64,000 nucleotides of DNA from Octopus vulgaris (taxonomy: Eukaryota). Location of the stretch: positions 5,890,001-5,954,000 of the forward strand of contig OX597837.1 of the NCBI GenBank assembly GCA_951406725.2. Reading direction: 5' to 3'. The notes under the pieces were generated by a model. That model did not search any database. It was not told the DNA's origin and saw only the letters and a program-made list of their open reading frames with translations. Shown one piece after another: positions 12,821-26,596 of the stretch; the stretch's first letter is position 1; each line of letters opens with the position of its first letter. A program made the translations under genes and the position numbers.

Positions 12821-12980
12821 TAATATATAGCTGAAATTTATAGCAAGACAAAAACACAAAAAATATTTTAAGAAACCATAACAATAACGAAGACAGGTGT
12901 ATGAACATCAAGCAAGTTTTTAGTAGATCGATAGTCTGTCTACCTGCTTGACTATCTGTATGTCTTTCTATTTCCCTATC

Positions 12981-13058
<78 letters not shown>

Positions 13059-13748
13059 CATACATATATAGTTAGAATGTATAAAGTTATATATGATGAG
13101 TGAAGTGAAAATAGCATGATAAAATCTATTTAAACATTGGAAATTCTTCTCCCACAACAATTGTTTCGCAGCTTAATAATCTAGGTTCTCGTTAACCACA
13201 TCGAATGATTAGGAGCATATAAAATTATTTAAGATAAGGTTCGGTGATTCACTCAATAGGTGAGCCCTGAGTTCGCTTCATTGGTATCCACAACGCACAG
13301 AGAGTTTATAATCAAGAAATCATAAAAAAGATTAGAGAATGTATACGGCTTCAGACTGCATATATTATAGTATTATACTCATTAAATTCAATCCTACACG
13401 TGTTTCTGTTGCATGAGTGTCCTACATTCCTTTAGTTGATTCAGTCCCAGAATATATTCATCCAAGATAGACTTTCCTATGAAGCAATGCTCAAGGTTCG
13501 CTTTACCTGTATATATTGGTAAAGTTTTGAACGGAGCGGCATAGGAATATCTAGCTAGCAAGAATATGCACTGCAACTCAATCAACTAAAAACGCATAAA
13601 TGCAACATCTAACGCCATTAGAACACTTATCCCGCGGAAACACGTGTCGGATTGGAATTTAATACTAATTTAACGAGCATAATACCATAACAAGTTTTGA
13701 CAACGTATAATTCTCCATTCTTCTTTATGATTGTACATACATACACAC

Positions 13749-13793
<45 letters not shown>

Positions 13794-13910
13794 TAGATAT
13801 ACGTATCTATATGTCTATGTATATGCATATATATACATATAGGTATACGTATGTATATGTATATGCATATATGTATATATGTATACATAAATTAATACAT
13901 ATATACATAT

Positions 13911-13947
<37 letters not shown>

Positions 13948-14297
13948 GGCTTCTACATATATATATATATATATGTATGTATCTATGCGTATATGAACAT
14001 ATATATATATATATATATATCACTATATATTATATATGATGCACACACACACACACACACCTAGGAGTATATACATGTGTGTGTGCTTGTAAAGTAGAGT
14101 TTCATTATAGACCTAACCGATAAATAATGAGACACATTCGGTCAAATTGTCGTATACTTACTTTCTTCATTGGGAGAATTCTTCCTGGAACTGGCAGAGT
14201 TAATGGATACCTTGCTTTGCCGGCAACAGTAATAATATGAACAATAAGACAGTGTTGGTTGAAAATTACAGGACAATAAGGAAATATATATATATGC

Positions 14298-14344
<47 letters not shown>

Positions 14345-14377
14345 GTGTATATATATATACATATGTATATATATATG

Positions 14378-14430
<53 letters not shown>

Positions 14431-14720
14431 CATATATATATGCATTTATATGTATGTATGTATAAATTACATATAAATATAAATAATAACACTAATGACA
14501 GTGATGTTGATGGTGAGGATGGTGATGATGGTGCTAATGGTGATGTTACTACAAGTACTACTACTTCAACTACTACTACTTCAACTACTACTACTAATAT
14601 CGATGATTGCGTATTTGTGTCTCGTTTCCATCTTTTCATACTACGTCTCTAGATTGCATATATATATTTATATTACACACACACACATACACGCACATAT
14701 GCATAGATATATGCATGTAC

Positions 14721-14761
<41 letters not shown>

Positions 14762-14864
14762 AATATGCGTGTGTGTATGTGTATGTATGTGTCTGTGTTT
14801 ACATGGATATATTTATGTATATATAATTTATAGAATATATAAAATATATATATATATACATATG

Positions 14865-14895
<31 letters not shown>

Positions 14896-15000
14896 GTATA
14901 TATTCATATATGCATTAATATATAAATATACATGCATGTATACACAGGTATATATCATGGAATCATTCTTTATATTTATCTCTCTCTCTGTATATATCCA

Positions 15001-15054
<54 letters not shown>

Positions 15055-15066
15055 CATATACATATG

Positions 15067-15112
<46 letters not shown>

Positions 15113-15262
15113 GTATATATGAACATGTATGTATAGAATATATACACGTGTGTATGTGTGTATATGAATATGTATATTAATACATATATATATCCACATA
15201 TATAGATATGCATACACGAAGATATACGTACACAAATACATATGTGTATTTGTGTGTGGCGT

Positions 15263-15308
<46 letters not shown>

Positions 15309-15494
15309 TCTATCACACACATGCATATGTCTGTGTGCGTCTGCATGCACGTTGGTTCCATTTTATTCCTGATTGCTTCTACCATTTTTAGTGGTTGTTT
15401 TTCTAACATTTTCTTGTTATTTTCTAGGCTATAACTATTTTAGTAATCTCATTGCTTTGTATTGTTGCAAACGTTATTTGTTGCAGCTGGTTAG

Positions 15495-15529
15495 TATTAT
15501 CATCATCATCATCATCATTTTTATTATTG

Positions 15530-15583
<54 letters not shown>

Positions 15584-15675
15584 TATTATTATCGTTATTA
15601 TTATTATTATTATTGTTCTTCTTCTTCTTCTTCTTCTTATTATTATTATTGTTATTATTGTTATTGTTATTGTTA

Positions 15676-15710
<35 letters not shown>

Positions 15711-15741
15711 GTTATTGTTATTATTATTATTGTTATTGTTA

Positions 15742-15784
<43 letters not shown>

Positions 15785-15873
15785 CGTTATTATTATTATT
15801 ATTATTGTTCTTCTTCTTCTTCTTCTTATTATTATTATTATTATTATTGTTATTATTGTTATTGTTATTGTTA

Positions 15874-15914
<41 letters not shown>

Positions 15915-15927
15915 GTTATTATTGTTA

Positions 15928-15971
<44 letters not shown>

Positions 15972-15996
15972 GTTATTATTGTTATTGTTATTGTTA

Positions 15997-16046
<50 letters not shown>

Positions 16047-16077
16047 GTTATTATTATTATTGTTATTGTTATTCTTA

Positions 16078-16118
<41 letters not shown>

Positions 16119-16131
16119 GTTATTATTGTTA

Positions 16132-16180
<49 letters not shown>

Positions 16181-16433
16181 CGTTATTCTTGTAGGTGTTG
16201 TCATTGTTCTTGTTATAGTTGCTGCTGGTTACACTTTTTGTCAATTAAGTAAATTGGTATTTGAAATAAATATATCTCATTACCTAGACATATTATAAAT
16301 TTTGTTATTATTATTATTATTATTATTATTTGTCGTTTCACTTTTCCTGCCTCTTCTTGCCCTCTTCCATTTCTTTCTTTCCTTCTTCCTTCTTCTTCTT
16401 CTTCTTCTTCTTCTTCTTCTTCTTCTTCTTCTT

Positions 16434-16465
<32 letters not shown>

Positions 16466-16938
16466 GCTGCTGCTGCGTTGTCTTCGTCTTTAATTCTTGC
16501 TCTTGTCCTTCTCCTTGTAGCGCTGTTGCTGCAGTTGCTGCCGGTATCGTCATCGTCGTCATGATGATGATGATATTCATCCCCATCCTCATCATCATTA
16601 TGATCCTCCTCCTCCTCATCATCATGTTCATCATTATCCTCATCTCCATCATCATCAACATTGTCGTCGACGTCGTCGTCGTCGCCGTCACCCTCCTCCT
16701 CCTCCTCCTCATCATCATCATCATCGTCATCTTCGTTACCATCATCACCAATCATCATCATTATCGTCGTCTTCGTCCTCATCAACACCCTCATCATCAT
16801 CATCATCATTATTATCAACATTGGCTTTTTGCCTATAGACAAATTTTATCATTATCCTTACATCAGCATCAACAACAACAACAACAACAACAACTACTAC
16901 TACTACTACTACTACTACTAATAGTAGTAGTAGTAGTT

Positions 16939-16983
<45 letters not shown>

Positions 16984-17300
16984 TTGCTGATTGTTGTAGT
17001 GGTGGTCGTACTAGGAGTAGTTATTCTATGTATTGTAGTAGTGGTGGTTATGGTGGTGTTGGTTGTGGTGTTGGTGTTGGTGGTGATGTTGTTGGTGGTG
17101 ATGTTGGTGGTGGTGTTGTTAATGATGGTGGTTGTGGTGGTGGTTGTTACAGTTCATGATTTGACTTTACTAACCATTGCACTTGTTATTGTAGTTGTTG
17201 TAGAGGCTGTCTAAGCTATCGTAGTCCGTGTGTCGTCGGCGGCGTCGCAGTTGGTGTTGTTGTTGTTACTGCTGTTGCTGGTATGCGTGTGCGTGTGCTT
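15495..17300. repeat. 1.8-kb compound trinucleotide microsatellite (TTA/TTG/TTC/CTA/CAT/CAA/GTA/GTG)
   Basis: Directly visible; source of the poly-L/N/Y/I/V ORFs. Confidence 0.95.
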
Positions 17301-17722
17301 AGTAGTTGTGTTATTTTATAACAGACATTCATAATTTATATCAGGGCATCAATGATTTTTCTTTTCTTTTTCTTTTTCTTTTATTTTGGCTTTTTTTGTA
17401 TTTTTCTTATCAGTGAACAAATTATATTACGTCGAGTTTTGAAACTTGAAGATAGAATGCACGCATGCGTATGTAAACACGTACGTATACACTTCACAGA
17501 TGTGTACACATGCACACACATACACACATACACACATACACATACACATGAGTGTATATATATATATATATATACATACATATATATCCATACATATATT
17601 TCAATATGTGTGTCTACATGAGTGTCTGTGTTTGTATGAATATATATATATATATGTATGTAAGTATGTAGGTATGTATGTATGTATTTGCATATATATG
17701 CATATTCATAAACATATACGCG

Positions 17723-17767
<45 letters not shown>

Positions 17768-18363
17768 AAGTATATATATACATGTGCGCACCCAAAATAC
17801 TCACAAAGACACACACACGTGTATATATATACATATACACATAACTTTACACACAAACGCACAAACTCACACACACACACACACATACACACACATGTAT
17901 GTGCAATTTACAAAGATTAATTTTAGTAAGTCGTATCGATGCATTTTAAATATTTGTCGCTATTTTGGTCAACAGCACTTATTCATATAATTTGGAATAA
18001 AAATTCTTCGATTTTCTCATGAAATCATAGCGCAATGAGGAAATTGTATGCTGTCCTTTGTAGTTTGGCGTCTTGTCTCCGTTGTTTCGTGGCGTATCGT
18101 AAACCTCCTATCTCGTTTTATAACGCTGTGAGTTTGGGTATCAGACGAAATAATGGTTAAATTTAAAATGACCAACGGTCTTGAGTGATTTGGGCGAACG
18201 ATTTTATCTTTCATCTTCTTTCTTGGTGGAATAAAATTCTTTGTAGAAGTAATTATATTCTCTTTTTCTTCGACTTTTACATCTTGGCTTGAAGGTATTC
18301 GTTAACAGTCTTTTGTTGGTAAAAGTGTTTGGACATTTACGTCATCGTTGCATTAAACCGTCT

Positions 18364-18398
<35 letters not shown>

Positions 18399-18412
18399 AA
18401 CTTACAGCATGT

Positions 18413-18488
<76 letters not shown>

Positions 18489-18823
18489 CATATACATGTG
18501 TGTATGTGTTTATGTAAAGTTTCTCATGGCTGGATATTGTTTCGCAAGTTGCAATCGATTTTTATTCGAACTTATATAATTCGTTTACACTATTAAAAAG
18601 TTTTCTGCCTCGAAATATCTAAAGCAAATTGTTTGCAAAAATACATTTACACAATTATTGTTAAATGTTTTTGTCGAATAAACTTCATCCGAAACGTCCA
18701 ATTGTGGCTCTTTACAGCATAGCTGACGGTACGATGCGTTTCTTTTTTGTTCCTTTATGTATAATGTATAAGCAAGAGGGACATGCTGGATTTGCCTCGT
18801 ACTTATATGTTTAATTAGGTGTA

Positions 18824-18892
18824 CCTGCTGATGAAGACTTCGCCTAGCAAATTATTTTATTTGCTAAAAAATCTCTGAAACCATTTTCCAGG
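18824..18892 (+). ncRNA. Degenerate hammerhead motif
   Basis: ccug CUGAUGA aga..uagcaaau/auuugcua..ucu GAAAC cauu uuc cagg; stem I ccug/cagg; triplet UUC instead of GUC. Confidence 0.45.
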
Positions 18893-19110
18893 AGATAGAA
18901 GGTAAATGTTTTTATTTTTCATTCCCTTTGAGTGGTTTGGACTTTACTTATTCCTTCTAGCGTGAAAGGAATCCTATAACGGATACCTCTTATGTGTTTA
19001 ACTGTACACTGTATTTATACGAATAATATATAGTATATTGACTAACTTTTCTACACGCTAGGTCACAGGTAGAAAAAATTTCTAAAATCGTTATTACCTA
19101 GATATTATTC

Positions 19111-19165
<55 letters not shown>

Positions 19166-19604
19166 GTATTGGTTGCAGGATTCCAGATGTAAAACCATGT
19201 GTTGAAACATATTGTTATACTTTGGTATGGCCATTTGCTTTTTTTACCAAATAATCACACGCCCTATATATTCGTTCTTCATCCGTTTATCACTGTTTTT
19301 ATTTTATCTTACGTCCATAAGATAGAGGGAGGAACGACTAATGAATGAGTGTGTATGTTTAGTTGGCAAAGAACAATGACCAGCCTGAAATATCACAATA
19401 AAGGGCAAAATATAGAAGAAACTTGAATAATATCTGTCACTTGTGTTTTAAAACCTGTAAGCCAGCAGCCGGTCTTAAAAGTCAGCTAAGGGTTTATCAA
19501 CGGAGGGACTGTGCTGTGTAATGGGGTGAGGTTTTTTTGTGTGTTGACGGGACGGCTGTCATCTGTCAAGATGAAGCAATCATAATATATATATATATAT
19601 ATAT

Positions 19605-19807
19605 GGTAAATGAAAGACGGAGGATGGAATATACGAGAATTATATTGCTTCGACACATCTAGCATCGACGCTATATGTCTCGAAACAATATAATTCTAGT
19701 ATATTCCATCTTCCGTCTTTTATTTGTTATTTACCTAACGATCACTCTGAAAGCGACCATGCTTTACCAGGAAGCTATCAGGGGTAAACTAGTCGTTTTT
19801 GTTTTCC

Positions 19808-19810
<3 letters not shown>
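19605..19810 (+). repeat. Fold-back island in (TA)n, about 50-bp arms plus unique tail
   Basis: aaatgaaagacggaggatggaatatacgagaattatattgcttcgacacat / atatgtctcgaaacaatataattctagtatattccatcttccgtcttttattt. Confidence 0.75.
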
Positions 19811-19872
<62 letters not shown>

Positions 19873-19887
19873 CATATATATATATAC

Positions 19888-20187
19888 TCAAAAATAAGCA
19901 ACAAGAATGACTCCAGTAATTTGGTACAATTGTTTCGCACTACAACATTTTATTTAAAAATTGTAAGTATTACAGCAGATTTAAGATGTTGAGTGCTCTT
20001 CTTGTAATACTTACAACTTTTAATAAAATGTTGTAGTGCGAAACAATTGTACCAAATTACCGGAGTCATTCTTGTTGCTTATTTTTGATTATAATCACCC
20101 CGTAATTTTTTATGGGTAACACCATACAAAATTCTGGTGCATCTAAATTAGGTACCATATTCATTTGAATCTAAATTCTTGCTGAAC

Positions 20188-20189
<2 letters not shown>
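19888..20189 (+). mobile_element. Fold-back island, same family as 5070-5411
   Basis: Arms 19888-19974 / 20003-20088; GAAAC AATT GTA at 20040-20051; tail aaattctggtgc...taccatattcat shared with the reverse complement of 5070-5152. Confidence 0.75.
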
Positions 20190-20240
<51 letters not shown>

Positions 20241-20622
20241 TATATATATCAGTGCAAGCACACCGATGCAGTTCACAGCGTCCCCTAATCAAAATGTGAT
20301 GCATTTCAGAATGGTTGCCTCCTGGTGAGCCGCTCAGAGGAATATCATAAAAAAGGACTTATCTCTCGTGTCCGTATGCAGCATCTGACTTTCATGACTC
20401 TGCTTCAGCTGAAGAGAAGACTATTCTGTAATGCACGCCTCCAATATCCTGGTCATGGGGTGCAGCCAAGTGATTCGGTGTGTTTACAACTATCTGTCTA
20501 AAGCAAGAAATATGCTCCGATGTCAAAATATAGTGAATGACGCCTTAAGGTTTTGAATACTCATCATGTATATTTGAAATGGTAACAAGTTTGTATGTAT
20601 GTATGGATGTGTGTATGTAAAG

Positions 20623-20679
<57 letters not shown>

Positions 20680-21204
20680 TGTACTCCACCTGCCTTCGTC
20701 TTTTGTTTATTTTCATAAAGCTTCCCGTTATATATATATATGTTTGTGTGTGTGTTTACAGTGAACGGTATGCATATTTCAAAACTGATTCTATCATATC
20801 TGACCGTTTATATTTATGCGTGCATGCGTACATACATACATACATGCATTCAAACATACATACATACATACATACATACATACATACATACATACATACA
20901 TACATACATAGATACATACATGCACACACACACAGATACATACATACATTCTGTTATTATTCACTGGCCCCAGTGAGACATCAATGTGTTTATATAAGGC
21001 ACCACATCTTATCTGATGCAGAAGTAATTTTCGAGCATTGCTCAGGCTGCTTCTCAGAGGACGACTTTGTTAATTTGCATCCAACAGGCCTCCAGATTGT
21101 TACCGTCCCTCAATTTTTAATCAAAACTCTTTTGTCGGTTTTGTTTGCTTTATATGTGAAATTGTGTTATAACACATCCTTTTAATATATATATATATTC
21201 AATA

Positions 21205-21406
21205 TATGACCACGTTTGTATCGTTGGCGATTTTTCCTCCGCCTTCTCTTCCTTGGATTTTTCCTTTTTCTATGCTTTTGACGAAGAGCTCCGCTCGAAA
21301 CGTTAAATCCTCCTTCTTTCTTTCCTTTCCTGAGCGTCCAGTAACACTATACTTGTTCCACGTCTTCGCGTTGTTGTGTTTTCTCTTCTTGTTTTCATGT
21401 TTGGAT

Positions 21407-21410
<4 letters not shown>
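21205..21410 (+). mobile_element. Penelope-like pLTR fragment with minimal hammerhead variant
   Basis: UUGACGA a gagc ucc gcuc GAAAC GUU at 21278-21304; between TA runs. Confidence 0.55.
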
Positions 21411-21451
<41 letters not shown>

Positions 21452-21464
21452 TTATGTATGTATT

Positions 21465-21670
21465 TGTGTGTGTGTGTCCCCTCCACCATTGCTTGACACC
21501 CATTTTGGTGTGTTTACGGTCCCATAACTTAACGGTTTAGCAAAAGATACCGATAGAATAAGTACTAGACTTACAAAGAATAAATCCTGGAATCGGTTTG
21601 TTCGACTAAAAGCGGTGTTCCATCATGGCCGTAGTCAAATGACTAAAACAAGTAAAAGAGTAAAAACAAA
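21465..21670 (+). mobile_element. SINE family A 3' part
   Basis: ccgatagaataagtactag...catggccgtagtcaaatgactaaaacaagtaaaagag. Confidence 0.85.
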
Positions 21671-22537
21671 ATGAATGAACTGTAACGCAGAGCGAACTCG
21701 ATACAATAATCCACGGAGTAGCAAGAATTTAAAGACGATGACTTCATATATACTGAGACATGTCACGAGTCCATCAATCCCCCATGAGATAACATCGGAA
21801 TGATGTTGAAATCACTCATTAAAACGCCAAGTAAAAGCCATAATCATACAAGCTAATATCCAACATAAATATTTCTTAATTGAAAATACGATATCACGTT
21901 TATTGAAGTGTGCTGTATTCATATTGCTAACGCTGATATCTTTACGCTTCAGTTCGTTTAAACGAAAATGCTAATTAACGACTAACATGAAACAGTTTTA
22001 ATTAGTATTTGAAATGATCGTCTAATACGAACGTTTTATACATTAGCCTATATTTAGTATTGGGATAACCACACGGTCGATCCGATAGAATATCTAATAG
22101 CCAGCCAGCCAGATCGACTGAAAGGCTGGAAAAATAGAGATGATGGGGCGAGATATAGAGATATAAATATAGTAGAAAGTGAAAGTAGAATGTGAAAGTA
22201 GAACGTCTAGCCTTGATAAAAAATACTGGTCTGCCGTTGGTTTTAAGTTTCTTGAAAAGATTTTTCTTAGCGTTGCTTGTCAGCTATTGGATACGTCAAT
22301 GTCGGTCTGTCGTTGTTGTTGTTGATGATATTGTGGTCGTGTTTGCTAGGATTGTTGATGTGGTTGTTTGTGTCGTTGATTTCTTTGTAGGGCAACGGCC
22401 AGCTGCGATCTATCAGACCTGTCATTTAACGCATTCCATCCGTATATAATAATAATAATAATAATAATAACAATAATAATAATAATGAAGATGACGATGA
22501 TGATAATAATAATAATAATAATAATAATTATCATCTT

Positions 22538-22573
<36 letters not shown>

Positions 22574-22627
22574 TATTATTATTATTATCATTATCATTAT
22601 TTTTATTATTCTTATTCTTATTATTAT

Positions 22628-22671
<44 letters not shown>

Positions 22672-22672
22672 A

Positions 22673-23058
22673 GGCGCTGAGCTGGCAGAATCGTTAGCAT
22701 GCCGGGCGAAATGCTTAGCGGTATTTCATCTGCCGCTACGTTCTGAGTTCAAATTTCGCCGAGGTCGACTTTGCCTTTCATACTTTCGAGGTCGATTAAA
22801 TAAGTACCAGTTACGCACTGGGGTCGATATAATCGACTTAATCCGTTTGTCTGTCCTTGTTTGTCCTGTCTTTGTTTAGCTCCTTGTGGGTAGTACAGAA
22901 ATAAGTATTTCGTCTGCCGTTATGTTCTGAGTTCAAATTCCTCCGAGGTCAACTCTGCTTTTCCTCCTTTCGTAAATTAAGTACCAGTTGCGTACTGGAT
23001 CGATCTAATTGACTAGCCCTCTCTCCCAAAATTTCGGCCCTTGTGCGTAGAGTAGACT
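22673..23058 (+). mobile_element. SINE family C (tRNA head + Meta-like domain), internally duplicated
   Basis: gagctggcagaatcgttag (A box), gagttcaaatt (B box), gtcgactttgcctttcat...gtcgat..aagtaccag; body repeated at about 22905-23000. Confidence 0.8.
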
Positions 23059-23315
23059 AGAAAATCGAAAATGATTGGCAAATATCATTTTCGATATTTT
23101 TTAACCTTATCATTGAATTTTGTGAACATTTAAGAAGTTAAACATGTTTTCTACCTCGCAATTTTAAATTGTTAAAATCCCTTGTTTTATTTAAGTTTGC
23201 TTATACCATTGATAAACAAAAAATTGCTGAAATTAGTTTGGTATTTATGTAACTAAAGTTATTTAAAAACAGTTACAATTGTTTCAAATTCAGGTGCATT
23301 CTCAGACAAATCTTC

Positions 23316-23394
<79 letters not shown>

Positions 23395-24059
23395 CACGTG
23401 GAGAATATCTCTTGAATAAAATTCTTTTTTACTATAAACACATACACATGCGTACACACATATTCTCGCCAGCAAGGCGAGATTTTTCGGAAATTTGCGT
23501 CCTAAGTCTCTCAAGTCACGTGAAGCTATAGAGGTGTTTTCCGTTGTCTCTTGTATACTTATATATAAATACATTACCCTATAAATTGTTATTTGAGGAA
23601 GATATTGCTGTTATTTCTAGAGGTTCAATGAACTCTCATGTTCGCTGTTAGAGTTAGTTGCTAAATGTTATGTCGTAGCTTCCAGAATAAATATAATAAC
23701 AGATTTACAATAAATAAAAGATTTACAATAACAGAGTATTATATATTGTAATTAAATATTTTCTAATGATATTTTTAAACTATCATAATATAATTTAATA
23801 CGGTTTCATAAGTCAAATTATGAACCGAGATTTATTAATAATTGCTAGGATGATTAATGGTATTTAATTGAATAGGAGGTTTTGGTTTACTTCATTAATG
23901 TTTCGTGCAATATTGTGTAATAAACAAGTATTGGATCCCCATCGGATTCGGCGATGATAAATCATTTCTTTGATCTTTTGAACTACTAATTCGTTAAATT
24001 AAAGAGTAATTCGTTGAGTATTCTATTGCCATGTGTAGCATTGAATCACATAGAGCATA

Positions 24060-24370
24060 TCACCGTGATGACGGTGATCGACCAGGCTATCGGATGTTGT
24101 TACACATCGCTGGTCACAATGCGCTTCGCATTGTTTTAGCCTTCAAATGACGCCGCCCCGCTGGCTAAGCGAGCAGGCCAACAGAAGAAAGAGTGAGAGA
24201 AAGTTGTGGCGAAATAGTACAGCAAGGATCACCACCACCCGCTGCCGGAGCCTTGTAGAGCTTTTAAGTGTTTCCGCTTAATAAACACTCACAAGTCTGG
24301 TCTGGGAATCGAAACCGCGATCCTACGACCGCGAGTCCGCTACCCTAACCACTGGGCCATTGCGCCTCCA
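24060..24370 (-). mobile_element. SINE family B, full length
   Basis: Minus strand starts tggaggcgcaatggcccagtggttagg..ggtttcgattccc (A/B boxes); near-identical copy at 33822-34116. Confidence 0.9.
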
Positions 24371-25193
24371 CATAGAGTATATATTTAATAAATGTACTAT
24401 TTAATAAATTCAGGAGTTATACATGTGCTGCCTCAACTTTCATGATCGGATACAGCAGTACGCAGTCAGAGACTGAACAACTGCATCGTGCACCGTATAC
24501 TATACAAACCTTTCTGATAACTATACTATCTAATCCTGAAACTTAAAGTCGCTCACGTACAACACCTGTATTGGGTAAAAGATACCTTTCTCGCGGCGAA
24601 AATAATCAATTAGTGCTTTTATCATATATTCGGAGGATCATTATGCCAATAACAAACACATGATATTTTTACTTCACTTATTTTAGTATTATTATTAGTA
24701 ATTTTGCTAACCGAATTACCAATTAGTTAATCCGTTGCTTCATTAATCTTTGAGTTAATCAATCAATCGACTAATTTTGTCACAATCTTTTCATCGCCTT
24801 CGTAACGTAGAGAGGACGTGTCATTGATTAGATCTAGAATGACGAAGTAAGGGTTTTGACAAACCTAGACGATTGATCGATGGATCGAACAATTAATTAA
24901 GCAATCGATCAGTAACTTGGATACTTAGTAACATGATCACATGGTTACTAATTAGTTAATTATAATAAAAGAAGTACAATAGAATCAGTGTGTGTTTATT
25001 ATTGCCATAATGACGCTCCCGAGTGACAACAAAATCCATATTAACACTCAAGTTCAACACTCTTGCAAACCAAAATCTAATTAATTAGAGAATGCATATA
25101 TATATGTATATATATATATATATATGTGTGTGTGTGAGTGTGTGTGTGTGTGTATACACCTACATATATATCTATATCTATACGTATATATAC

Positions 25194-25305
<112 letters not shown>

Positions 25306-25971
25306 CGTGCATATATTTATTCGGATACAGACGCGGTAATGAAAGTACACAACATGTAATATTTGTTAATACATGAGATGAATACTCAGTTATTCGGTAC
25401 ACTGATAGATGCATTGAATACGAGCGAAATCTCTATATAGGATGTACTATGTCCCTCTTAATTATTGATTTTTAACATAAAGTTCTTTCAGCGCGTCAGT
25501 ATATTGAAAACAGAGATATTCGCTGTGTGTAAGCATATAAGCTAATTTCTCTTGAGAAAAAGACAATTACAAACTCCATAACAATTAAGCTGTGCTGTCT
25601 AAGATAATTGGCTGGTAATAGGAATGCGGCACATGCGGACGGCAAAAGAACATACGGAAAAATAGGAAAGTTACACATACAATGGAGACATGCTAAAAAC
25701 CTCAGCAGCTATTGACCAAGTATCATCACAATTTTGTCACTTTCCAATAATATTAACCAATTTGCCGGTGTCGGGAAGATAAGCTGCTGGAGGTTTAGTT
25801 GATCGGATATGTTAGAGAAGCAGAAAAGTGAGACATGTACCGAATAAGAAGAAAAGATGATGTCTGTACACCGAACAATAATTTTAAACGAGTTATCAAG
25901 GGAACGAGAAAATATATAATGAGAGAAACAAAGGAGCAAAGACAATAACGAAAGCGAAAACAGAATATACT

Positions 25972-26120
25972 TAAGTTTGCTTCTCAACCCAGCCACATGG
26001 TTTCGGGTTCAGTTCCACCACGTGCCAGCTTGGGCAAGTGTCGTGTAGTGTGAAGTCGGCCCCACCAAAGCCTTGTTGGTGGGTTTGGTAGATGTAAATT
26101 GAAAGGAACCCATCGTATAT
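25972..26120 (+). mobile_element. SINE family A 5' part
   Basis: ccacatggtttcgggttcagttcc...ttgggcaagtgtc...ccaaagccttg. Confidence 0.75.
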
Positions 26121-26141
26121 ATGTATACATATATATATAAT

Positions 26142-26549
26142 AGGCGCAGGAGTGTCTGTGTGGTAAGTAGCTTGCCTACCAACCACATGGTTCTGGGTTC
26201 AGTCCCACTGCGTGGTATCTTAGGCAAGTGTCTTCTGCTATAGCTTCGGGTCGACCAATGCCTCGTGAGTGGATTTGGTTGGCGAAAACTGAAAGAAGCC
26301 TGTCGAATATATGTATATATATGTATGTGTATGTATATGTTTGTGTGTCTGAGTTTGTCCCCCTAGCATTGCTTGACAACCGATGCTGGTGTGTTTACTT
26401 CCCTGTCACTTAGCGGTTCGGCAAAAGAGACCGATAGAATAAGTACTGGGCTTACAAAGAATAAGTCCCGGGGTCGATTTGCTGGACTAAAGGCGGTGCT
26501 CCAGCATGGCCGCAGTCAAATGACTGAAACAAGTAAAAGAGTAAAAGAG

Positions 26550-26550
<1 letters not shown>
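26142..26550 (+). mobile_element. SINE family A, full length (tRNA-derived, CORE-like, internal microsatellite)
   Basis: aggcgcaggagtg..tggtaag head, gggttcagtccc B box, tcttaggcaagtgtctt, tail gtaaaagagtaaaagag; more than 12 copies in the window. Confidence 0.9.

Positions 26551-26596
<46 letters not shown>

Noticed and set aside
15373-17214. Long ORFs of 200-294 aa (poly-L, poly-N, acidic)
   Set aside because: Open in several frames on both strands because of triplet repeats; not gene-like
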